Positions 14,168 through 28,672 of a stretch of DNA of 64,000 bases are shown piece after piece; position 1 is the stretch's first letter, and every line of letters starts with the position of its first letter. The DNA is taken from assembly GCA_951406725.2 (NCBI GenBank), contig OX597829.1:9610001-9674000 (forward strand), given 5' to 3'. Source of the stretch: Octopus vulgaris (Eukaryota). The notes under the pieces were generated by a model. It was not told the origin of the DNA. It made no database searches and saw only the letters and a program-made list of their open reading frames with translations. The position numbers were made by a program, and so were the translations under genes.

Positions 14168-14240
14168 ACATATATATATATGTTTGTATGTATGCATACA
14201 TATCATACATATAGATAGATAGATAGACCGATAGATAGAC

Positions 14241-14295
<55 letters not shown>

Positions 14296-14343
14296 CATGT
14301 GTGTGTGTGTGTTTGTATATGGGTGTGTTAATATGTGTGTTAA

Positions 14344-14376
<33 letters not shown>

Positions 14377-14394
14377 GTGTATGTGTGTGTGTGT

Positions 14395-14555
14395 GCTGGC
14401 GTGGCTGTGTAGTAAGAAGCTTGCTTCCCAACCACATGGTTCCGGGTTCAGTCCCACTGTGTGGCATCTTGGGCTAGTGTCTTCTACAATAGCCTCGGAA
14501 TGACTAAAGCCTTGCGAATGGATTTGGTAGACGGAAAATGAAAGAAGCCCGTCGC

Positions 14556-14587
<32 letters not shown>

Positions 14588-14787
14588 GTATGTATGTATT
14601 TGTGTGTCTGGGTTTGATCCCCCCCCCCCAGCATCTCTAACAGCCGGGGGGTCAGCAAAGGGGAAAGATAGAATAACTAATAAGCTTCCAAGGAATAGGT
14701 CCTGGGGTTGATCGTTCGACAAAAGGTGGTGCTCCAGCATGGCCGCAGTCAAATGGCTGTAACAAGTACAAGAATAAAAGAAAGAAT
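14395..14787 (+). mobile_element. SINE family A
   Basis: Well-preserved left half; 3' end GGTGCTCCAGCATGGCCGCAGTCAAATGGCTGTAACAAGT. Confidence 0.9.
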
Positions 14788-14879
14788 ATCCACACTCACA
14801 CATATATGTATATATATATACATATATAGAAGGTTGAAAAGGAACACACGAGTTGATATATATATATACATGCATATAC

Positions 14880-15036
<157 letters not shown>

Positions 15037-15201
15037 GTGTGTGTGTGTGTACGTATGCATGTATGTATATATGTATGTGTGTATGTATACATGTATTTAT
15101 GTATGTGTGTATATATGTATGTGTGTATGTATGTATGTTTGCATGTATGTGTGCATGCCAATACAACCATATATTCTATTTGGATGCTAGATCTGCGTGA
15201 T

Positions 15202-15239
15202 TCGCTTCTCAAATTTCACGGTTCCGCCTCATCAGGCGA
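15202..15239 (-). ncRNA. Decayed minimal hammerhead motif
   Basis: Minus strand reads TCGC-CTGATGA-g-GCGG-AA-CCGT-GAAA-TTTGAG-A-A-GCGA. Helix I, core, helix II and GAAA are present; helix III and NUH are degraded (plausibly from palindromic ACTCGAGT). Confidence 0.55.
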
Positions 15240-15467
15240 CTGTTGATTCCTCTGTAGCATTTCTATTTATAGCGTATTGAGTACATTTTTATCTTAATTG
15301 CATACACACACATATAGATATGTACATACTTGGACATGCAGATATAATATATTTTCTGAGTTTATATATATATAAACACATACACATAGACAGACGTACA
15401 AAAACGTATATTGATAGAAAGATATTTCTATATATGTATGTATGTATGAATGCATAGATATTTGTGC

Positions 15468-15607
<140 letters not shown>

Positions 15608-15942
15608 GTGTGTGTGTGTGTGTGTTTGTATATATATGTATATATATGTAATGAGAGATAGAAGGTACGAAAGGAAATGTGTGTAAGATTTAGAAATAAA
15701 GGAAAATATAGATATGTAAAGACAAACAGAGGGTGAGAGAAAGAGAGAGAGAGAGTGAGACAGTATCAGAGTGAGTGAGTGAGTGAGTGAGTGAGTGAGT
15801 GAGGGTGTGATAATGAGGTGAAAGGGAGAGGGAACGATGGAGACCGAGTGAGATGAAGAGGAGGAGCAGCAGCGAGGGGAGATGCGGTAGGTGGGGGCGA
15901 CAGACACTAAAGACCGCCTTCCCTTCGTTATACACACACTGT

Positions 15943-15987
<45 letters not shown>

Positions 15988-16226
15988 TTTCATATTTTGT
16001 TTGCATAGTTTTGGTTTACTTGTCTTTGTTTTTCTTTTTCCTTCTTCCCAAATTCAACCACCGACTAACTTCTTCACACACACACACACATATATATATG
16101 TATGTATATATGCATGTTCGTATGTATGCGTATATACATATAGATACAGACGTGTATGTATGCATATATTGGTATGTATGTGTGCGTATATATATGTATG
16201 TATTATGTGTATATACATATACATAT

Positions 16227-16284
<58 letters not shown>

Positions 16285-17009
16285 AGACACATGTATAAAT
16301 ACACCCACACATAGAGTCTACACACCTAACCAGCCCCCGTCCTGACACACGCTACACTCTGTCTGTCTGTCTGTCTGTCTCTCTTTCTTTCTCTTCTCCC
16401 TCCCCCCTCTCTCTCTCTCTCTCTTCTTTCCGTCTCTTTCCCCGTCATCTCATATTCTAACACTCTTTTACTACTTCCTATCCGTCACTCCACTCTTACT
16501 ACTACGCAAACACACACAGACACACACACACACACATAACATCTACATACACATGATCCCCCCCCCCCTAAAAAACACATGTTATCACTCTCTATCTCCC
16601 CCTCTCTATCTACCCAGTCTTCACTCTATCTTTCTATTTCTATTTATGTATATACATGTATATGTATGAATTTGCTTTCATGTTGCATCTGTCTATGTCT
16701 CTTTCGCTGTGTATGTAAGTGTGTATGCACGTGTGTGTATGTATTTATGTATTTGTGTATGTATAAATAAGTTTTTGCGTGTTTGTGACTTCTGTGTAGT
16801 TCTCCTTATCGTTTATCTCTTTCTCTTTCTCACTTTATATATCGCTTTCTATCCTCACCCCCCACTTTTTCCACACCCTATCAGCTCTCTCCCTCTCTCC
16901 GTCTCTCAGTCTCTCCCTCTCTCCCTCTCTCCCTCTCTCAGTCTCTCTCTCTCTCTATATATATATATCACTCTTTTCTCTCTCACTGCCATTCTCTCTC
17001 TCCACCCTC

Positions 17010-17075
<66 letters not shown>

Positions 17076-17087
17076 CATCTTTCTATA

Positions 17088-17172
<85 letters not shown>

Positions 17173-17410
17173 CTGACAGCCTGTCTCTCTGTCTGTCTCC
17201 CTCTCTGTCCTATCTTTTATTCCTGCATCTATCATTTTCCATCTGCCTGTCACTCTTTCTTTATCTCTCAAACACACACACACACACACAAATACGCATA
17301 TGTATACACTTATTCTCTCCGTCTCTACACAGACAGATACTCATAACACATACATTACATAGAACACACAACACACACACACACACACACACATGTATAT
17401 ACATACATAC

Positions 17411-17442
<32 letters not shown>

Positions 17443-17784
17443 GTATGTATACAGCGTCTGTCTTTATCTGTCATAAGCACTGTTTCCCTCCCTCCCCGTC
17501 TTCTTTCCACCCATCTGTCCCAGCCTACCGTCCTCCGTAGCTATCTCCCTATCAGTCTCACAGTCTCTCTCTCTCTCTCTCTCTCTCTAATTTTGTCCCC
17601 CTTTATTTCTTCTTATTCTTTCTCCCTCAGTGTAACTCCCTCACTCCTTACCTCACTCACTCACTAACCCTCCTCTTTCTACCTTCTCGTCCCCCCCCCA
17701 CAGACGGACACACGGACATAAACCCTCTCAGCACAACCAGCCAACGAGCGATTATGTTATATACAAAGACAGCGTCCTAAACAC

Positions 17785-17821
<37 letters not shown>

Positions 17822-18355
17822 CGCACACATACAGTCATACACACACCTACACACATGCGCTCACACACACACTCATACACAGACACGCATACACAACAGA
17901 AAGAGAGAGGCACGGCAGCCAGTGTCTCCATACGGCGTGTATATCTATCAGCAGAGATATATCTTTATGTATGTGTTTATATGTATAAGTATATGTTTGT
18001 GAAAGTCAGTGTCTAATATAAATGTGCGCGCACGCACACACACATACACACACGCACATACAGTCATACACACGCAGAGGGCCTCACTTAATCTCAGACT
18101 GTATCTGTATGCGTGTGTTGCTTTTTTCCTTTTCTTTTCCTCTTTCCCCTCTTCTTTCTCGTCTTCTTTTCTTCTTTTTCTACCACTTCTACTACTTCTT
18201 CGTCTTCTTTCTCCTTCCTCATCTTCTTTTTCACACGCTGACACAGACACAGATACTCGGAGATACAGACACGCACACACACACACACACATACATACAC
18301 ATACACAGACACACATATACAGCGATTCAACCGAAAGACACATTTTCTCTGCCAG

Positions 18356-18377
18356 TATCTCTCGGTGAGACGACGAG
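18356..18377 (+). other. Candidate 22-nt microexon or end of a non-coding exon
   Basis: TTTTCTCTGCCAG acceptor-like site ending at 18355 and a consensus GAG|GTAAGT donor at 18377/18378. Confidence 0.3.
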
Positions 18378-18432
18378 GTAAGTTCGATGTTATTTTCTCG
18401 ACCTGTCATGCGTTGCATCTGTCACACGCACA

Positions 18433-18476
<44 letters not shown>

Positions 18477-18622
18477 TACACACACACTTGTACACAAATA
18501 CACATGTGTGCACACACACACACATACACGCAAACACACACGAAGTAATACAAACAGTTTAATTATGCATTTTTGCACATATAAACACACAATATTCCAC
18601 TCATTTGTATACATATATATAC

Positions 18623-18668
<46 letters not shown>

Positions 18669-18742
18669 ATATATATGTATATGTGTGTGTGTACATATAT
18701 ATATATATATGTGTGTATATATAAAAATATATGTATACATAC

Positions 18743-18823
<81 letters not shown>

Positions 18824-19027
18824 TGTATATGCAAACATATATGGATATATGTACATATACATACACACATGCAAACACACATATAGTCATATATACGTAG
18901 ATATACTTTTGTATTTGTTTGTAAAGTTGAGAGCTGAAATGTTTGTTTGTGTATCTCTATGCAAATATACTAATTACAAAAAAAAAAAATAATAATATAC
19001 GTATGTATATACTTTATAACATAGTCA

Positions 19028-19074
<47 letters not shown>

Positions 19075-19191
19075 TTTCATATGTAATGATTAAGCATTTG
19101 AAAATATATAAATAGACATATACATGTATATACACATGTCATTACGTACAAAAAGTTGAAGTTGCTTTCGATTGTTGAGTCTGTTTTATTT

Positions 19192-19263
<72 letters not shown>

Positions 19264-19750
19264 GTCTGTCTGTCTATCCATCTGTCTGTCTGTCTGTCTG
19301 TTTATATCTGTTTACTTTTTATCGTTGACTATGTCTGACTTTAGAAATCTCTCTCTCTCTCTCTATCTCTCTTTCACTGTATATGCGTATACATGTATAT
19401 GTGACTTCGTTTGTGTGTCTACATATTTACATGTGTATGTTTATGTATAAACACACACACACACACACACACACAGAGACAAACAGCTTGGTATATCGAA
19501 GCCTACCTATGTGTCTGTATAACTATTTATCTTACAATTTATTTGTTTATCTATTTCTTTGAAACGTTTGACTTTATATCTATCGATCTGTTTGCATGAT
19601 TAGTTACTCATTTATCAATTGGTTTTATATGTCTAATTGCCTTTCAACGCTATCTTCCAGTAATTAACTTTTCCTTTGTGCTGCGTGTGTGTTCATATAC
19701 CTATCTATCTATATGTATATTATGTATATATACATATACATATATATATA

Positions 19751-19861
<111 letters not shown>

Positions 19862-19957
19862 GTATGTATATAGTATTTACTTTCATCTCAACATCATCTC
19901 TTCTTCAATCACTATAACACTTTACAAATCGATATATTGGTATGAAAAAGTCGCATC

Positions 19958-20000
<43 letters not shown>

Positions 20001-20266
20001 CTTATTTAGCAACCTGACTGTCTAGAGTAATTCTTATACACACACACACACACACATAGATATGTGCACGCACACGTGATTGCGTGTGCGTGTACATATG
20101 TTGCTTTCATGTCCCAAGTTAGTTTTGTCGATGATATAAAAATACAGTTGGGCCAAGGTGTCTGTTTATGATTACGATTATGTATACGTATGTGTTTGTA
20201 TATATATATATATATATATATATGCATGTGTGTAAACATATATGCGTACACACACACACACGTCTA

Positions 20267-20385
<119 letters not shown>

Positions 20386-20399
20386 TATGTACATATGTA

Positions 20400-20445
<46 letters not shown>

Positions 20446-20513
20446 GTGTGTGTGTGTACATATATATATATAAATATATATGTGTGTGGGTGTGTGTGAG
20501 ACTGTGTGTGTAT

Positions 20514-20576
<63 letters not shown>

Positions 20577-20593
20577 TGTGTGTGTAATTGCGT

Positions 20594-20633
<40 letters not shown>

Positions 20634-21730
20634 TAGAGAGAGAGCACACACGCACAACCACCTTGTGAGAATTCTCAATTTCGCACCGATACATATTGTC
20701 AGAATTAAGTGGTTGGCTGCGGTGGTGGTGGTGGTGGTGGTGGTGGTGGTGGCGTGGGAAGGAAAGGCGAGTATAAGAGTGAGTGAGTGTGTTTGAAAGA
20801 AAGAGAGAGCGGGGGGGAGAGGATCTACAAAGAGGGGTGGGTGTGGGATAAAGAACTAAACGTAGTCAGGAGTGGGGGGGAGGGTGTGTGTGGGGTGAGA
20901 CGTACTTTGGTACTTAACTTTTATCCCCGTGTTGGACGCTTGTCCAATATTTGGCGAGGCAGCCTTCGAAAACAAGAACTAGAAGCCAGACACAACTCCA
21001 TCGCAACACTTTCTTTAATAAAAATAAAACGATTGTCCGTGCCGTCTGTGGATCGTTATAAGACATTTGGGCAGAAGAGGGTTTGTCTATGCCTGGGTCA
21101 TAGACCCCCCCCCCTAATATTCAGGACCAGCTTAGAATAGATCGTTAAACAACAACGGTAATAAACAGCACAGCTACTCCCTTACGTCTCTTCTAATTCT
21201 TTAGTCACACAAACTTTAGAAACTAATTCATTTTGATCCCAGTGTTTCGTGAGTAAAAGAAGAAGGAATCCTAAATTCTTCAGTTAGGATGCCAACTTGC
21301 TCTTCTTGTGGAACTATGGAACCCATGCATTCCTTCTTCACGTCATTATTTACAACACTCCCCCATACACACACACATATATACATATACATACGTATAC
21401 ATATATATATGTATATATGCGTCTTTCTATGTATATATATATATATATTTGTATGAATGCATATTTGTATATATGTACACATATACACATGTACATACAT
21501 ATACATCCATATATAAATACACATACTTATATGTATACATTCATCTATGTATATGTGTGTGCATTAATGCATGTATGTATGTATGTATGTATGCGTATAT
21601 ATGTATTAATGGATGCGTGTTTACATACATACATAAATACAAACATACATACATGTATTCATGCATACATACATACGTATATACACACACACACATACAT
21701 ACATATATACATACATACATATATACATAC

Positions 21731-21802
<72 letters not shown>

Positions 21803-22075
21803 TTATTTTCAAAGAATCACGGTCGTCTAAATATCACCATGATGACGGCGTGATTAAATCTGATGCAATTAGTAAATATTCATCAAATTTAACAAGTGAT
21901 TATTAACTTTCTTATTTTGACAAATACTTTGGACAAGTTTCTCCATTCCCCTTCGTCTCACATATTTTCTTTCTTCTCTCTTCACACACGTAAATATAAT
22001 ATAATATGAAATAATATATAGTATGATGCAACATATAAACACACATACATACATTGTATGTATATATATTGTACG

Positions 22076-22111
<36 letters not shown>

Positions 22112-22343
22112 ATTGTGTGTGTGTGTGTGTGCGTGTGTGTGTATATATATATGTAAGTATATATATGTATATATATGTGTGTATATATATATGTATGCAT
22201 ATATATGTGTGTGTGTATGTATGTATATGTATGTATCTATGTATGTGTGTTTGTATGTATGTGTGTATGTGTATGTATGTATTTGTATGTATGTATGTTT
22301 ACATGAGTATGTGAATGTGTATAGATAGTATATTGTATTATAT

Positions 22344-22470
22344 GCCCCGCGAGGTCGACTTTGCCTTTCATCTTTCCGGGGTGGATAAAATAAGTACCAG
22401 TTGGATACTGGGGTCAATGTAATCGACTTGCATTAGTCACCCAAATTTGCTTGCCATGTGCTAAAAATTA
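22344..22470 (+). mobile_element. SINE family B central/3' fragment
   Basis: GAGGTCGACTTTGCCTTTCATC..GGGGTGGATAAAATAAGTACCAG is shared with the 55267 and 61375 copies. Confidence 0.8.
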
Positions 22471-22513
22471 CCTATATTATATAATAAAATGTAGTATGGT
22501 AGTATATTATATC

Positions 22514-22902
22514 GGTGCAGGAGTGGCTGTGTGGTAAGAAACTTGCTTCCGAACCACCTGGTTCGGGGGTTCAGTCCCTGTGTGGCACCTTGGACAAGTG
22601 TCTTCAACTATAACATAGGGTCGACCAAAGCCTTGTGAGTTGACTTGGTAGACGGAAACTGGAAGAAGCCTGTCTCATATATATACATATGTGTGTGTGT
22701 GTGTGTATGTGTGTGTATTTGTCTACCCACCCACCATCGTTTGATAACCGATGTTGTTGTGTTTATGTTCTCATAACTTAGCGTTTCGGGAAAAGAGACT
22801 GAGGCTTACAAAGTATAAGCCCTGGGGTCGATTCGTTCCACTAAATGCGTTGCTCCAGCATGGCTGCAGTCAAATGACTGAGACAAGAAAATAATAAAAG
22901 GA
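22514..22902 (+). mobile_element. SINE family A, full length
   Basis: GCAGGAGTGGCTGTGTGGTAAG head through GCTCCAGCATGGCTGCAGTCAAATGACTGAGACAAG tail. Confidence 0.9.
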
Positions 22903-23218
22903 TATTCTGTCATATTATATCACATTATATTATGCTGTACATTCAGGTGGTTTTTTTTTTTTCATTTTTTATTTCCTCGTCTATTCACTGGTTTTGCATA
23001 TCAACGGCCCCGGATGATGGGCGATCGCCGTCCGCAAAGTTTTACAGCCTTCAAAACTTTCGTCGCTACTTTTTATTATGACGCATAACAACCCCAACTA
23101 AGAAATATTTCTGTGTGTATGTGTCGGTATTTCTGCGTGCATGTGGCTGTTTTCGTGTGTGTATGTGATGTGTGTGTATAGATAGATAAATATACATATA
23201 TATACATATATATATATG

Positions 23219-23285
<67 letters not shown>

Positions 23286-23495
23286 AATATATATATATAT
23301 ATATATGTTATACATGTGCATGCATCTCTCTTTCTCTCACTCTTTCTCTCTCTCTATATATATACGTAAATATACACACACACGCATATATATATACATG
23401 CATTTGTATGTCATAATTATTTATTGCAGATGTTTGTGTATGTGTTTACATACATGCATTTACATTATGTGTACGTGTGTATGTGTATAACAAAC

Positions 23496-23530
<35 letters not shown>

Positions 23531-23707
23531 ACACATACATTCAGCTACATATATGCGTGTGTATATGTACTTGCCTATATTCACGCGTGTGTTCATATAC
23601 ACACACACACACACACACACACTTTCTAGTGTTTTTGTGTCTGTGTGTGCGCGTATATAAGTTGATGTTTGATACGTAACGAGTGAAGGCGTTAATCACA
23701 GCGCTAC

Positions 23708-23772
23708 GGCCCCCTCGCCTGGCTCCCTCGGCTGGCCCCCTCGGCTGGCTCCCTCGCCTGGCTCCCTCGCCC
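23708..23772. repeat. GC-rich 13-bp minisatellite, 5 copies
   Basis: GGCCCCCTCGCCT / GGCTCCCTCGGCT / GGCCCCCTCGGCT / GGCTCCCTCGCCT / GGCTCCCTCGCCC. Confidence 0.95.
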
Positions 23773-23865
23773 AGATTCACTTATAATCTCTCTCCATCTC
23801 AACCCATCCCCTACATTTACACACACACATGCATTCGCATATAAACGTATATATAAATACACACA

Positions 23866-23908
23866 TACATACATACGTACTTACATACATACATACATAC
23901 ATACGTAC

Positions 23909-23939
<31 letters not shown>

Positions 23940-24014
23940 CATACATACGTATACATACATACATACATACATACATACATACATACATACATACATACAT
24001 ACATACATACGTAC

Positions 24015-24073
<59 letters not shown>

Positions 24074-24100
24074 CATACAAATATGCATACATACATACAT
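23866..24100. repeat. (TACA)n microsatellite
   Basis: Direct reading. Confidence 0.95.
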
Positions 24101-24615
24101 ACACGCACACATAGACACGTATCCAAGGCTTAAGCTAGAAATCAGAAATAAATCTGTCCCCTTAAACTTATGTAGTTCTTTGAGAGAATATGCATGGAGA
24201 ATAAACTGAATTGGCACGGATGGAATTTCTTTACGTACATGCATGCTCCATGAGTATTGACATCAGGCTATCATGAAGACACCCATCTCTTTTTCTTTTG
24301 TTTTCTCTCTCTCCCTCTCTCTCCCTCTCTCTCTATCTGTCTGTCTATACATATATACAAGCATGCATACATACGCACGCACGCACGTACACACAGACAC
24401 ACACACAAACACTCATGCAGTAATGAAGAGATGGAAAGTTAGACCGATAGATATACACACGCACATGCAGACATTCACGTTTATATTAATATTGTTACTC
24501 CAAACTTATATATGTGTGTGTGTGTGTGTGTGTGCATGTATGTATATATGTGTGTATGTGTGTGTGATTGTGTAAGTATATATTGTATAGATATGTACAC
24601 ATTCACATACACACC

Positions 24616-24667
<52 letters not shown>

Positions 24668-25600
24668 CACACAAAAACGCACTCTCTCTCCCACACATAC
24701 ATACACAGAAGCCACTTGACAAAAAAGAAAAGAAATTCTGGACCATTTCTTCAAGAGTTTTTCAGACAATCAGTTTGGTGACATTTTTTTGTTTAAATCT
24801 AAATATCGAATTGTATTCATCAAAACTTTACCATTATACCGGAACTCTAAACAGAACCTCCACACGAACCGCATGAAACACTAGTTCTAAGCATTTTTTG
24901 GTTCCCATTAAACTCGAACGTTTGCCGTTTGAATGTTTTAAACTTGTCATTATATTCTTGAAATTAAATATTATTAAGAAATGTAGTTTAAAAAATGTTA
25001 AAATATTCTCTGTATTGTAGCGAATTTCTTGCTGGTAAATTTTAGTACCAAAGTCCTATATGGAACCCGCCCACACAAAGGGTCGTGTGAACCCTATTCA
25101 GAAACAATGTTATAAAAAAATAAAAACAAGTGTATACCCCCACACACACACACCGACTTACACACAACATTCATTTACATGGCAGTGTTCCGTAGAATGT
25201 TTATCAACTACATCCAACACAACAATTTATTGGTCAATCTACGGAATGGACACACACAGGGTACAACATGTACCCACCCTGTTTCAAACAGGATATCTTT
25301 TCGACAAATATACATGTGTGTGTGTGTGTGTGTGTGTTTGTATGTTTGTATGCACATACCCACGCACTCACACACGCACACACACATACATATATACATA
25401 AATGCTTGCATATATACATGTTTTTTATGTTCTCGTTTCCCATTTTGTCTACGTTTTTTTTGTCCTGTAGCCATATATGCATGTATATATGCATATATAT
25501 TTATACATTGTTTATATTATTATATATGTATGACTATATACATATGTATGTGTATATATAGACAAATACATACAAACATATATATATACATACATATAAA

Positions 25601-25642
<42 letters not shown>

Positions 25643-25780
25643 AACATATAAATGTGTGTGTGTATATATATATATATATACATACATACATATGTACGTA
25701 TGTATGTATGTATGTATGTATGTATGTATGTATGCATGTATGTATGTATGTATGTATGTATATATATATGTATGTATGTG

Positions 25781-26147
25781 TAGGTTTAGCTGTCTGGTTA
25801 CAAAGTTCACTTAACAACTGCGAGGCTTGTGGTACAGTACCACTGCGTAGCATCTTCAAAACTAAGCCCGGACTGACTAGAACTCTGGGTGAGTGAATGA
25901 ATTTGGTGAACGGAAATGAAATATGAAACCCGTCGATCAAAGACATGTGTCTTTGTATTTCTATTTTCCCACTCCACCTATTCGCAACCGGTGTTGGTTT
26001 GTTTAATTATCCGTACATTAGCTATTCGGACGATAAAATTAGTATTGCTCTTTAAGAACTACGTATTGGAGACAATTTATTCCACTAAAACTTTTGATGA
26101 CGGTGATCCAACTCGGCCACTGTCTTGTGTCATGGTCCAAAGAAAAA
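25781..26147 (+). mobile_element. SINE family A, old diverged copy
   Basis: Colinear remnants CAGTACCACTGCGTAGCATCTT, GAATTTGGTGAACGGAAA and CAACCGGTGTTGGTTTGTTTA. Confidence 0.65.
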
Positions 26148-26164
26148 CTATATATATATCTATA

Positions 26165-26197
<33 letters not shown>

Positions 26198-26217
26198 TAT
26201 ATATGAGACAGAGAGAC

Positions 26218-26270
<53 letters not shown>

Positions 26271-26284
26271 TATTTGATTTATGT

Positions 26285-26358
<74 letters not shown>

Positions 26359-26667
26359 AATCAACTCAAACACATGTTTATCTACTTATATGTGTCTATG
26401 CGTGATATATATGTATGTATATATATATATACGTATAAATATATAGATGTACATATACGTATATATATAAATATGTATGTAGTATGTATGTGTGTATACA
26501 TACATACATACATACATACATACATACATACATACATGCATAGATATATATATATATATATATACATACAAACATACATGCATACATACATGCATACATA
26601 CATACATACATACATACATACATACATACATACATACATACATACACACACACATACATACTTACAC

Positions 26668-26698
<31 letters not shown>

Positions 26699-27580
26699 TA
26701 CATACATCAATATGAGCTTGAGAAAATGGACAGGCATGAATCTCAGTTCGTACTCAGTAAAATGCTCAACGCTCAAATTAGAAATTTGTTGGGGCTATGC
26801 ACAATACGTAAATAAGGCAGAAACGCAGATTCTCACAGTTTTAAACATTTAATGAATTCATTACACACACACGCACATAATACATGTGTCCCTGTGTAAA
26901 TATTTATAACTAATTACATATACATATCAATATACAGGGTGTGTGTATGTGTGTGTGTGTGTATGTGTGTGTAGGTGTGTGTACATTTATATATATATAT
27001 ATACATATATACATATATACATACATATACGGATATATATATAACTGGATATATATATAAATGGATATATATATATATATGTATATGTATATATCTATAT
27101 ATATGTGTGTATATATATGTATATGTATATATTAGTGACTATGTATGTAAGAGAGGAGAGGGTAGGAGGTAGGTAAGTATAGAGAATTAAGTGATTATTG
27201 TTACGCATATTAATAGATGTAGAGAATGCATAAGATATAATATATGGCCAGCGACCACCTGTTGTAATTGAATTTTACGGTGATTTAAGTCAAAAGGAAC
27301 AGAATAGAAATTTATGAATACATTTATTTGTGGATTCGTATTTAAATATTGGGTTACATTTTTGATGTGTATGTGTGTGCGCGTGTGTATGTGTGTGTAC
27401 GTGTATGCATGTGGGTGTGTTTTATGAGTGTTCGTGTGCATGTTGTATATATATGGAAGGATGTGCACCTATATGCGTGTATATATGAAAATAAGTTTCT
27501 AAGTACAGCTATATATATATGTAAATACATACACGTGTATATATATATATATATATATATATATGTAATACATACACGTG

Positions 27581-27639
<59 letters not shown>

Positions 27640-28049
27640 TTATGTGTATATATATAATATATATACACATATTGATGTATATCTATATATGTATTTATAT
27701 TTAACTTCTTGTTAATATATATATATGTATAAATATATATAAGTGTGTGTGCGTGTGAGTGTGTGTGTGTGTGCGTGTGTGGGGCTAGGTATCTGTGTAA
27801 ATTATGACTACGTTAGCAGATTGTATTTGGTCATTCATATTGTGTAACATAGAAAGTTATGTATGCGTGCTTGTGTATGTATGTAGACATACACAACTAA
27901 GTGTGTGTGTCTATGAAGTGTTTGAGTGAGTGAGTGTGTGTGTGTGTGTGCTTTATAGTATATTTCATAATATTTTAACTGGGTATTTAGACAATAAATG
28001 AGGATAGTCAAAATGCTTAGAAAGCCACAACCTGACACACTCATACTTG

Positions 28050-28083
<34 letters not shown>

Positions 28084-28204
28084 GAGATAGACAGACAGAC
28101 AGACTACATATATATACATATATATATATACATACACACATATAAAGATAGATAGATAGACAGACAGACAGACTACATATATATACATATATATACATAT
28201 GTAT

Positions 28205-28278
<74 letters not shown>

Positions 28279-28290
28279 CATATACATATT

Positions 28291-28346
28291 AGAGTGAAGG
28301 TTCAGTAAAACTGTATTATAATACAATTTTACTGAACTTTCACTTT
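28291..28346. repeat. 56-bp near-perfect palindrome
   Basis: AGAGTGAAGGTTCAGTAAAACTGTATTA / TAATACAATTTTACTGAACTTTCACTTT, 3 mismatches, no spacer. Confidence 0.9.
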
Positions 28347-28408
28347 TATATGCTAGACCACTGGTGTGAAATCGATGTTAATTAAATTATTTTGAATTTA
28401 TTTTGATT

Positions 28409-28442
<34 letters not shown>

Positions 28443-28445
<3 letters not shown>

Positions 28446-28672
28446 AAAATGTAACTACATGTGGACTGTTGGCGTTTTTTTCCTCCATCTTCCTTTCCTT
28501 TTGGACTTTCCTCTCTCTCCTGTTTCAGAAAAAGAGCTTTGCTCGAAAAGTAAAACACCCTTTCTTTCCTTCCCTGAACGTCTTTCTAATACTTTGCATG
28601 TACCACGTCCTCGCGTTCTCTTGTGTTTTTTGCTCTGTTTTTCTCCTTTTTTTTTTCTGTGGAAAATTAATT
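28443..28672 (+). mobile_element. (TA)n-flanked element with decayed minimal hammerhead at 28521-28557
   Basis: TGTTT-CAGAAAA-a-GAGC-TTT-GCTC-GAAA-AG-T-A-AAACA. Helices I and II are perfect; the core carries substitutions. The downstream CGTCCTCGCGTTCTCTTGTGT resembles 4866-4884. Confidence 0.55.

Noticed and set aside
21245-21288. Minus-strand CTGAAGA ... GAAA
   Set aside because: No helix II or helix I pairing.
23006-23049. CGGATGA-t-GGGCG/CGTCC-GCAAA hammerhead-like stretch
   Set aside because: Both core boxes are altered and helix III is absent; compatible with chance.
23708-23772. CRISPR-like array
   Set aside because: Contiguous 13-bp tandem units without spacers, in eukaryotic context.
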